DNA from: an uncultured Pyrinomonadaceae bacterium
Lineage (GTDB): Bacteria; Acidobacteriota; Blastocatellia; Pyrinomonadales; Pyrinomonadaceae
NCBI GenBank assembly: GCA_964237235.1
Contig: CAXSGY010000003.1
Coordinates: forward strand, 68,920-132,919
DNA: 64,000 nt
Direction of reading: 5' to 3'
Shown here piece after piece: positions 1-7,781 of this stretch (within the stretch, counting starts at the first letter, position 1; every line of letters starts with the position of its first letter). The notes below the pieces were generated by a model, which saw only the letters and a list, made by a program, of their open reading frames with translations, searched no databases and had not been told where the DNA came from. A program made the translations under genes and the position numbers.

Positions 1-1
1 G

Positions 2-553
2 GCGGTCGAATCTTTTACCGAAGATTTCGGGAAACTCTGGATTGCGTTTTTTCAGCAACAAATTAATGCCGAAGCGCGTTTAGAAAAAAAGGAAATGCGC
101 GAATTTGCCACCACATTTATCGGTGCGATTGTCGGCGAAAAAAACGCCGCGTTTTATCAGGTCGGCGACGGCGGCGCGGTTTTTTCCGTTGACGGCAATT
201 CGCAAAGCTATCAATTCGCCGTTCCGCCAATCGAAGCGGAATACGTTAACCAAACCGAATTTTTAACCGACGACGCGGCGGCGGAAAGTCTGCGTTTTGT
301 CCGCGTCGAACAGGCGATTGAAGATTTGATTTTGTTTTCCGACGGCATTTTCAGCGTTGCGGTTGATTACCAAACCGGCAAGCCGCACGAACCGTTTTTG
401 ATGCCGATGATTGCGCCGCTCAGAAACGGCGCAAACGGTGAAAGCGGATTGAATGAAAAGCTCGAAAAATTTCTCGCGTCGCCGCGCGTCAACGATAAAA
501 CCGACGACGATAAAACGATAATTCTCGCGTCGCGCAAAATAGTGAATAACTAA
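2..553 (+). CDS. PP2C-family (PP2C_2-like) Ser/Thr protein phosphatase, C-terminal part; 5' end lies outside the window
   Basis: The frame is open from the first bases of the window (AVESFTEDFGKLW...) through the listed Met at 95 to TAA at 551-553. GDGG, NQTEFLT and LFSDG segments resemble bacterial PP2C_2 phosphatases encoded next to YegI-type kinases. Confidence 0.55.
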   Translation, partial: AVESFTEDFGKLWIAFFQQQINAEARLEKKEMREFATTFIGAIVGEKNAAFYQVGDGGAVFSVDGNSQSYQFAVPPIEAEYVNQTEFLTDDAAAESLRFVRVEQAIEDLILFSDGIFSVAVDYQTGKPHEPFLMPMIAPLRNGANGESGLNEKLEKFLASPRVNDKTDDDKTIILASRKIVNN

Positions 554-571
554 AAAATAGTGAATAACTAA
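536..571 (+). repeat. Perfect 18-bp tandem duplication (AAAATAGTGAATAACTAA x2) containing the phosphatase stop codon
   Basis: 536-553 and 554-571 are identical. Both copies read K-I-V-N-N-stop in the phosphatase frame. Confidence 0.95.
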
Positions 572-628
572 AAACGAAAAACTAAAAGTTTATGCCGAAG
601 CCGGATTTTTGTTTGATTATAAATTCAA

Positions 629-661
629 TAACTTTTCACTATTCGCTTTTAACTTTTCACT
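629..661 (+). promoter_or_regulatory. Direct 12-mer repeat TAACTTTTCACT x2, 21 bp apart, ending 10 nt before the kinase ATG
   Basis: Identical 12-mers at 629-640 and 650-661. The function is not shown. Confidence 0.3.
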
Positions 662-670
662 GAAAAAAAT

Positions 671-3403
671 ATGTCTGCATTTTACGACAGTCAAAATAAT
701 GAATTCGCGCTCGGCGAAAGAATCGGCAGCGGCGGCGAAGGCGCGGTTTATGCGTGCGCGGATTTCAATTTCGTTGCCAAGATTTACCACGAACCGATTA
801 CCGACGAAAAGGCGGAAAAGCTGCGCTGGATGGCAGCGAACAAAAACGAAAAACTTTTAAAAGTCGCGGCTTGGGTCGTGGACGTTTTGCTCGACAAACC
901 GAACGGAAAAGTCGTCGGTTTTACGATGCCGAACGTCAAAGCCAAGGAAATTCACGAGCTTTACAGCTTAAAAAGCCGCCGCGTTCATTTTCCCGAAGCG
1001 ACGTGGCATTTTCTCATTCACGCGGCGACCAATGTCGCCCGCGCTTTTTACAGCCTGCACGGAAACGCGCACGTAATGGGCGATGTCAATCACGGCAACT
1101 GCGTCGTTCTGGCGGACGGCACGGTGAAATTGATTGACTGCGACAGTTACAGCATCAGCCGCGGCGATTTCCGGTATCGCTGCGAAGTCGGCGTGGCGAC
1201 GCATCTCGCGCCGGAGTTGCAGGGCAAGGATTTAAGCAGCGTCGAACGCGAAACCAAACACGACAATTTCGGGCTGGCGGTGATAATTTTCCAGTTGTTT
1301 TTTCTGGGCAGACATCCGTTCGCCGGAAATTTTCTCGGCGCGGAAGACAAATCAATTGAAGATTGCATCCGCGAATTGCGTTTCGCTTATGGCGACGGCG
1401 CGGAAATCAGACGAGTCAGACAGCCGCCCGGAACGCTGCCGCTGAAAGCCGTTTCGCCGCGCGTGGCGACGATGTTTGAACGCGCGTTTCTGACCGAAGA
1501 CCGTCCCGAACCGCGTGAATGGATTGAGGCTCTGGAAGATTTATTAAACAATCTGAAAGCGTGCGATTTGCATCCCGGACATTTGTATTTTAACGAGCTG
1601 AACCGCTGTCCCTGGTGCGAAATCGAAGCGCAGACCGGCTTGATGCTTTTTCCGTTCGTCACGGCGGGCGGGCATCTCGACGGCGAAAAGACATTTAATA
1701 TTTTCACCGTCGAAAGTTTGATTGCGAGTTTCGGACTGAACGGCAACGCGCTCGCCAAGCCGCTTCTGCCGAACGTGACGCTTTTGCCCTCGAAGGAAAT
1801 CGTCGAGGCGAAAAAGGCGAATCGAAAAATGATGTTCGTCAGCATCGGAACGCAGTTTTTCGGATTGATTTTTTTGACGGCGATGTTCGGTGCCGCGGTC
1901 GCGTTCTGTCTCGGTTTTTGCGCGCTTATTTGCTGGATATTTTATATCAACAACAATTTGGGTTTCTGGGGCGACGACCCGCAGCAAATGCTGGTCATCG
2001 CGCGGCGGGAATGGGAAAAGTTTCAAAACGACTGGCACAAAAATACGCAGCCTCTGAGTCTCGAAAACGATTTGGCGGGCATCAAGAGGAGACTCGCCGA
2101 TTATCAAAAGTTTCAGCAAGCGAGCATTCTGGAAGCGAAAAATTTGCACGAAGACATCGCGCGGCGCGAGCTTTTTCAACATCTGCGCTCGAAACCTCTG
2201 GCAGAAGCGGAAATCGAAAATTTTGCCGAGCCGCAACGACAAATTTTAACCGGCAACGGAATCAAAACGGCGGCGGAAATAAACGAAAATCGTCTGCGCG
2301 GATTTAAGGATTTCGACGGCGCGATTATTCCGAAGCTGATCGAATGGCGCAACCGCATCGAACACGAATTCGCAGACGCGCCGCGCTCGGTTGACCTTAA
2401 AGTTGAAACAAACGAATTCGTCAAAAAAACCGCGCGCGAACGCCGCCGGCTCGAAACGGAAATCGAACATTCGTTGACGATTCTGCGCGCGGGCGCGGTC
2501 AATGTGCGCCGTCGTCAGCAGGAATTTTCCGACCGCGCCGCCGCGCTCGCCAATCGGTATCTGCAATCGAAAAGCGATGCCGCCGCCGCCGGAACGACCG
2601 CGCCGATTATTATCGCGCTCGTTTTGCTCACGATTCTGTTGCCGTATATGGGTTTTATAATCGGCGCGATAAATCAACCTCGAACAAATTATTCGGCGGG
2701 CAAAACATACTCGGGCAGTGCCGTCTCAAGTGCGCCGTCGGAAGATAAAAAGGTTTCCGTTGACGTAAATACATTGACGGTTCCAGACGAAAATATCACC
2801 GACGCGGGAATTGAAATGTTATCTGATTCTCTGCGAACGACCTACGCCGATAATCTTTACGTGCAGGCGTGGGATTCGACTTATAAGACGATAGATTTTC
2901 AAAAAGCCGAACAAAAACTGCGGCTCGCCGTTCGTCTGCAAGCCAACGACGTGCGCTATTTTAATCAGCTCGGCTACGTTCTATACGCGCAGGAAAAATA
3001 TACCGAATCGTTAAAAGTTTTAAACCGCGCCCTCGCCGTCGAAAAAGACAACGGCAACACGCAGGTTTTTATCGGAATCAATTATTTGAGAATGAAAAGA
3101 TTCAACGACGCGCGGCAGGTTCTAAGCGCGGCGGCTGAAAAATATCCGAACTTTTTTGAAGCGCAGTATAATCTCGGTCTGGCTTACAGCGGCTTGAAAA
3201 ATTACGTTTCGGCGGCGGAAGCGATGCGCGGCGCGGTTGACCTGAAAGCCGACGACGCGGACGCGCATTATCAGCTCGGCTTCGATTACTATAAATTGGG
3301 CGATAAGGATAAAGCTAAAGACGAATATCTGATTCTGCTCGGAATAGACGAAAATCTGGCGGAACAATTAAGAAAAGCTGCGCGGCTCGATTACCCGAAT
3401 TAA
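671..3403 (+). CDS. Membrane-anchored Ser/Thr protein kinase with C-terminal TPR domain (YegI-like atypical kinase)
   Basis: Kinase motifs: Gly loop GSGGEGAVY, VAKIY lysine, catalytic loop GDVNHGN, DCD metal site, APE. These are followed by a Cys/His knuckle (CDLHPGH...CPWC), a ~40-aa hydrophobic hairpin, a long charged coiled-coil, a second TM segment (APIIIALVLLTILLPYMGFIIGAI) and TPR repeats. Confidence 0.8.
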   Translation: MSAFYDSQNNEFALGERIGSGGEGAVYACADFNFVAKIYHEPITDEKAEKLRWMAANKNEKLLKVAAWVVDVLLDKPNGKVVGFTMPNVKAKEIHELYSLKSRRVHFPEATWHFLIHAATNVARAFYSLHGNAHVMGDVNHGNCVVLADGTVKLIDCDSYSISRGDFRYRCEVGVATHLAPELQGKDLSSVERETKHDNFGLAVIIFQLFFLGRHPFAGNFLGAEDKSIEDCIRELRFAYGDGAEIRRVRQPPGTLPLKAVSPRVATMFERAFLTEDRPEPREWIEALEDLLNNLKACDLHPGHLYFNELNRCPWCEIEAQTGLMLFPFVTAGGHLDGEKTFNIFTVESLIASFGLNGNALAKPLLPNVTLLPSKEIVEAKKANRKMMFVSIGTQFFGLIFLTAMFGAAVAFCLGFCALICWIFYINNNLGFWGDDPQQMLVIARREWEKFQNDWHKNTQPLSLENDLAGIKRRLADYQKFQQASILEAKNLHEDIARRELFQHLRSKPLAEAEIENFAEPQRQILTGNGIKTAAEINENRLRGFKDFDGAIIPKLIEWRNRIEHEFADAPRSVDLKVETNEFVKKTARERRRLETEIEHSLTILRAGAVNVRRRQQEFSDRAAALANRYLQSKSDAAAAGTTAPIIIALVLLTILLPYMGFIIGAINQPRTNYSAGKTYSGSAVSSAPSEDKKVSVDVNTLTVPDENITDAGIEMLSDSLRTTYADNLYVQAWDSTYKTIDFQKAEQKLRLAVRLQANDVRYFNQLGYVLYAQEKYTESLKVLNRALAVEKDNGNTQVFIGINYLRMKRFNDARQVLSAAAEKYPNFFEAQYNLGLAYSGLKNYVSAAEAMRGAVDLKADDADAHYQLGFDYYKLGDKDKAKDEYLILLGIDENLAEQLRKAARLDYPN

Positions 3404-3414
3404 ATTTCTCCAGC

Positions 3415-3542
3415 GGAGCGCGAACGATTCGTCCGTCCAACCAGCGATAGCGAAGTTGTTTGCGTAGAATTGCGCGAATTGGCGGTAACGGGCGTGTCTC
3501 GCGCTTTCGCGCTTCGTTTGCGGATGGGAACATCTGCGCTCC
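3415..3542. repeat. Decayed copy of a ~127-nt GC-rich element with GGAGCGC...GCGCTCC termini (paralogue of 16954-17080)
   Basis: The first 24 nt are 20/24 identical to 16954-16977. Shared internal blocks are GTTGTT and GTCTCGCGCT, and the terminus GCGCTCC is shared. The element fills the gap between the convergent kinase and monooxygenase genes and abuts the latter's stop codon. Confidence 0.6.
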
Positions 3543-5081
3543 TTAAACTTCGCTGTTTAAAATCCGACCGAGATAATCTTTAACTTTTTCCGAAGTGTTT
3601 TCCGCCGAAATCAAGCCGATGTAATTATCCGGTCGCAGCAAAACCGTAAACGTCCGATGCAGTCCGAACGTTTCCGCGACGCTCGGATATAGCGGCAGCG
3701 TTTGAAAATTGACGAAATCGGGCAAGTCGGCGGCGTTGATCGCGGTTTGATTTTGTCCGTCGAAAAAATTGAGCAGATGAAACTTCGGCTCGCGCAACGT
3801 TTCATAAACGCTCGCGCCTTCGATTTCAAAATACGGCATTCTGTCGCCCGCTTTGGTCGAGAAAAATCCGTCGGTTTCGCTTAAAGCAGATTGGCGGTAA
3901 TTAATGCCGATTTGCGAAACGAGCGGAAAAATAAATCGTTTGACCGAATCGAGACTCAAAGCCAGCGGAGCGACATACGGAAGAACGCGCATTCGCAAAA
4001 ACTGCACGAACCATTCGTCGCTGGCGGCAAAATCGAAAATACGGTCGGTCGTCTGCAAAAGATGTTTCGCGTTGGCGACGCGCTCTTCGCTGTAAGTTTC
4101 CAAAAGACTCAAGCTCGCCTGTCCGCGCAAAACCAACGCCAATTTCCACGCCAGATTATAACCGTCCTGAATGCCTGTGTTCATTCCCTGCGCTCCGGCG
4201 GGCGTGTGGATGTGCGCCGAATCGCCGGCTAAAAAACATCGTCCGGCGGAAAATTTATTGACGCGGCGCGAGTGAACTTTATAAGTCGAAAACCAACGGA
4301 CGTTTGTAATGTCGAGATTTAATTTTGAATCGCGCTTGATTTGTTCTTCGATTTCCGCGTATAAAATGTCGCCTTCGTCTTTGGCGAATTCTTCGGGAAA
4401 CGTGCCGACGATGCGCCAGCGATTTTCGCCGACCATCGGAAAAAACGCGAGCAGCGAGCTTTCGGTCAAACAAACGTGCAAGCCGTCGTGCGGAAATTGC
4501 CATTCGATTTCGACATCGGCGACGTAGAACAAACGCTCGAATGTGCTGCCTTCAAACACCAGATTAAGGGCGTGGCGGACGGAACTTTTCGCGCCGTCCG
4601 CGCCGACGAGAAATTTCGCTTCAATCGTTCCCGTTTCGCCGCCGGAATTTTTGAAATTCGCCGTCACCATTTCGTCCGTCTGCGCGAAGTTTTCGAGCGT
4701 CGTCTGCCACCAGACATCTTTGCCGTGCGCCTTCAAAAAATCGTAAAGCAGCGTTTCGTGTTTGCCCTGTTCGACGAGCAGAAAAAACGGATACGCGCTC
4801 ATTCCCGCGCCGACATCGGACAAATCGAGTTCGCCGCGCGCTTCGCCGCCTTCGATCAAGCGCACGTGATCCGCCTTCAAACCCTGCGCGATCAAATCGT
4901 CAGCCAAATTTATCTGCTCGTAAATCTCCAAAGTTCGGGCTTGCACGCCGATGGCTTTGGAATGCGGCGTGGTCGTTTCCTTCTGGTCGAGAATAATAAA
5001 ATCAACGCCCAATCTGATGAATTGACACGCCAAAGCAAGTCCGGTCGGTCCCGCGCCGACAATGATGACATCTGTTTTCAT
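3543..5081 (-). CDS. FAD-dependent aromatic-ring monooxygenase (PheA/TfdB-like)
   Basis: N-terminal VIIVGAGPTGLALA dinucleotide fold. GDSAHIHTPAGAQGMNTGIQDGYNLAWKL FAD/ribityl motif. Confidence 0.85.
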   Translation of the reverse strand: MKTDVIIVGAGPTGLALACQFIRLGVDFIILDQKETTTPHSKAIGVQARTLEIYEQINLADDLIAQGLKADHVRLIEGGEARGELDLSDVGAGMSAYPFFLLVEQGKHETLLYDFLKAHGKDVWWQTTLENFAQTDEMVTANFKNSGGETGTIEAKFLVGADGAKSSVRHALNLVFEGSTFERLFYVADVEIEWQFPHDGLHVCLTESSLLAFFPMVGENRWRIVGTFPEEFAKDEGDILYAEIEEQIKRDSKLNLDITNVRWFSTYKVHSRRVNKFSAGRCFLAGDSAHIHTPAGAQGMNTGIQDGYNLAWKLALVLRGQASLSLLETYSEERVANAKHLLQTTDRIFDFAASDEWFVQFLRMRVLPYVAPLALSLDSVKRFIFPLVSQIGINYRQSALSETDGFFSTKAGDRMPYFEIEGASVYETLREPKFHLLNFFDGQNQTAINAADLPDFVNFQTLPLYPSVAETFGLHRTFTVLLRPDNYIGLISAENTSEKVKDYLGRILNSEV

Positions 5082-5177
5082 TCGATTCGTCTCCGTTTAA
5101 ATTTTCGATTAACTTGTTCCTCGCCGACGATTTTCGCGTCCGCTGTTTTCATTTCGCTTAAAAGAGGCTCGCGCTCT

Positions 5178-5391
5178 TCAATTTAGCCATTCAAAATTCG
5201 GCGGGCGAGCGTCAAATTCGTTTTCTCATTTTGATACGACGACGGTCGCCACGCCGTTCCCGGTGATATTAATCAAGGCTCGCATCTCGAATATAAATTG
5301 GTCAACCACCCAAAACAGAACAGTGCCGGACGACCACGAAATAAATAATCGGCGCGATGACAATCTTGAAGTCTTCTGCCTGCAATGATCG
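5178..5391 (-). pseudogene. Relic of a DctA/DAACS-family dicarboxylate:cation symporter with a large internal deletion and an in-frame stop
   Basis: The minus strand reads ...KIVIAPIIYFVVV...stop, then MRALINITGNGVATVVVSK-stop-ENEFD... This matches the TM2 IAPIIF and C-terminal ALxNLxGNGVATxVVAKWE signatures, with TGA where Trp is expected. Confidence 0.5.
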
Positions 5392-5577
5392 CTACAAGCG
5401 TTCGGAAAACCTCAGCCTAAACGAAACTTGAAAATATTTAATCGTGGTTAGATTGCCGGCGCAATCTTTGCAGGCAGGATGCCTGCTTTCCCGACAAAAA
5501 AAATAGACTATCGCTGCGCCGATTGCTTATAATTTCAACATCGGACAAACACCGAAATTTAACGAGCCAAAAGGGAA

Positions 5578-6642
5578 GTGAAAATGAACAGAAGAAAATT
5601 TATCGGCAGAACTGCCGCCGGCGCGGGCGCGTTGCTTATGACGCACAAAACCTTCGGCGCGAAAAACGAAACAAGGGAGAACGAACGAATGGCTTTTGAA
5701 ACACCAAAAACGACGCTCGAGGGCGAAATGATTTACCGGACGCTCGGCAGCACGGGCGAAAAAGTTTCGGCCATCGGAATGGGCGGCTTTCATTTGAGCA
5801 AGCCGAAAACCGACGACGAAGCCGTCAAACTGATGCGGACGGCGATTGACCGCGGAATGACCTTTATGGACAACTGTTGGGATTACGCCAACGGCATCAG
5901 CGAAATTCGCGCCGGAAGAGGTTTGAAGGACGGCTATCGCAACAAGGTTTTTTTGATGTCGAAAATTGACGGGCGCGACAAAAAAACGGCGGCGCGACAA
6001 ATTGACGAATCTTTATTGAGACTGCAAACCGACCATCTCGATTTAACGCAGTTTCACGAAATTCTTCGTTTTGAAGACCCCGACCGAATTTTTGCCGAAG
6101 GCAGCGCGTTCGAAGCGATGCAGGAAGCCAAAAAAGCCGGAAAAATTCGCTACATCGGTTTCACCGGACACAAAAATCCGGCGATTCATCTGCAAATGCT
6201 CGAAGTCGCGGCGGCGCATAACTTTAAATTCGACACGGTGCAGATGCCCTTGAACGTGATGGACGCGCATTTCCGTTCGTTTGAAAAACAAGTTCTGCCG
6301 AAATTAGTCGCCGAAAAAATCGGCGTTCTCGGAATGAAATCGATGGGCGGACCGTTCATTCTCGACAGCAAAACCGCGACCCCCGTCGAATGTCTGAATT
6401 ACGCTTTGACTCTGCCGACTTCGGTCGTCATCACCGGCATCGAAAAACCGGAAATTTTAGAGCAGGCGTTCACCGTCGCCAAAAATTTCAAACCGATGAC
6501 CAACGCCGAAACAACCGCTTTGCTAAACAAAACAAAAGAAGCCGCGTTGAGCGGAAAATACGAAAAATTCAAAACCGAATCACGCTTTGACGGCACGGCA
6601 AACAATCCCGAATGGTTGGGCGAGAAGCCGAAGGAAGTGTAG
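5578..6642 (+). CDS. Aldo/keto reductase with twin-arginine (Tat) signal peptide
   Basis: The N-terminus MNRRKFIGRTAAGAGALLM is a Tat motif. The rest looks like an AKR fold (GMGGFHL, DHLDLTQFHE, YIGFTGH). Confidence 0.85.
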   Translation: MKMNRRKFIGRTAAGAGALLMTHKTFGAKNETRENERMAFETPKTTLEGEMIYRTLGSTGEKVSAIGMGGFHLSKPKTDDEAVKLMRTAIDRGMTFMDNCWDYANGISEIRAGRGLKDGYRNKVFLMSKIDGRDKKTAARQIDESLLRLQTDHLDLTQFHEILRFEDPDRIFAEGSAFEAMQEAKKAGKIRYIGFTGHKNPAIHLQMLEVAAAHNFKFDTVQMPLNVMDAHFRSFEKQVLPKLVAEKIGVLGMKSMGGPFILDSKTATPVECLNYALTLPTSVVITGIEKPEILEQAFTVAKNFKPMTNAETTALLNKTKEAALSGKYEKFKTESRFDGTANNPEWLGEKPKEV

Positions 6643-6664
6643 AATTTTTTAAAAAGAATTAATC

Positions 6665-6703
6665 AAAAAGGTCGGACGCTGGCAGCAGTCGTCCGACCTT
6701 TTT
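6665..6703. terminator. Bidirectional intrinsic terminator between convergent genes
   Basis: 14-bp perfect stem AAAAAGGTCGGACG / CGTCCGACCTTTTT with an 11-nt loop. A-tract and T-tract flanks. Confidence 0.7.
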
Positions 6704-6723
6704 CGTTGAATATTGTCAAAAAA

Positions 6724-7389
6724 TTACTGGGTTTTCTCCCACTGAATTTCTTTATCCAGTCGCTTGAATTCGCCGAACAGCGAAACGCGGCTGACGTTTT
6801 CTTTAACCAAATTCATCATCATCGTCCGCGTGCCTTTCGGATAGACGACCGAGATGCTCGTGTTGCTGACGTTAATCATCGTTCCGTCGCGCCACGACTT
6901 GAAGTCTTCGTCCTCGGTGGTTGTTTTCGCCAACCGGTCAAACTGTTCCGGCGAGATTTTCGCCGCCCAGGAATTTTTTTCTACTACCTTTGTTTCGCGC
7001 GCCTGTTTGTCCCAACGCCTGACTTCTATTGTTTTTATCGCCGCACTATTGTCGCGCTTAAAAATCAACGATACCGCGCACGGCGAACTGCTGCTCGCCG
7101 CACCGTCTTCTTTGCCGAAATACTCGACGTAATCCTTCCGGCATTTTGAATTCTCTTCGTAAAAATCCTTATAGACGGTTTTAAATTCGAGGGAGCTGAC
7201 CGCATCGCTTTTGATTTCAACTTGCGGAATTTCAACCGGCGGCGTAGCGGTCGGCGACATTTTGGCAACAGTCTGATTCTGCGACGGCAAATCATTGCTC
7301 GACTGTGCCGTTTTACAACCAAAAAATATAGCGGCGAACGCCATCGTCGTCAAACAAAACATCGAATTTATTAAAATATTTCCCTTCAT
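6724..7389 (-). CDS. Hypothetical lipoprotein
   Basis: Signal peptide with lipobox (AAIFFGC). No recognisable catalytic motif. Confidence 0.55.
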   Translation of the reverse strand: MKGNILINSMFCLTTMAFAAIFFGCKTAQSSNDLPSQNQTVAKMSPTATPPVEIPQVEIKSDAVSSLEFKTVYKDFYEENSKCRKDYVEYFGKEDGAASSSSPCAVSLIFKRDNSAAIKTIEVRRWDKQARETKVVEKNSWAAKISPEQFDRLAKTTTEDEDFKSWRDGTMINVSNTSISVVYPKGTRTMMMNLVKENVSRVSLFGEFKRLDKEIQWEKTQ

Positions 7390-7644
7390 AGTTAATTTAT
7401 AACGTATTTACAGAAAAAAATTGCGGAAAAAATTTCAAAAACTATAAATTTTCGATGGCAAATTAAGAGTAATCTTGCAAGAAAGATCAATTTAATCAAC
7501 TGTCGGGAATCGCCGCGACTCGCGGATAAAATCAAACAAAATCCGTGCTTCTACCCGTTCAAGCGCGGCTAAAATTTTTCTGCAATACCTTTTATTTCAC
7601 TGCCAAACTTTCAATGTTCTTGCTGAATTTCGGTTACAGCGTCA

Positions 7645-7761
7645 TCAAAAATTTAAAACTAGTTCGCCGTCTTCCTCTTTAACCGAAACGCTGCTGCCGT
7701 CGGTTAATTTGTCAACTAATAATTTCTTCAAAATTTTTCTCAAAAGCAACCTAGATAAAAT
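7645..7761 (-). pseudogene. Orphan fragment resembling the extreme C-terminus of a ClpA-type ATPase
   Basis: A 38-codon open stretch with no ATG reads ...RKILKKLLVDKLTDGSSVSVKEEDGELVLNF-stop. Compare the clpA C-terminus at 8896: ...EILFGKLTDGGSVVVEENNGELELKF-stop. There is also a DNA-level match of GCCGTCGGTTAATTTG against GCCATCGGTTAATTTG. Confidence 0.45.
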
Positions 7762-7781
7762 TTAATGAATCATTCATTGCA

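Noticed and set aside
1544-2242. 232-aa antisense ORF inside the kinase gene (and similar ones at 4476-5186 in the monooxygenase and 34268-34828 in the TonB receptor)
   Set aside because: These are shadow ORFs opposite well-supported genes. Their composition is arginine-rich and no motif is recognised.
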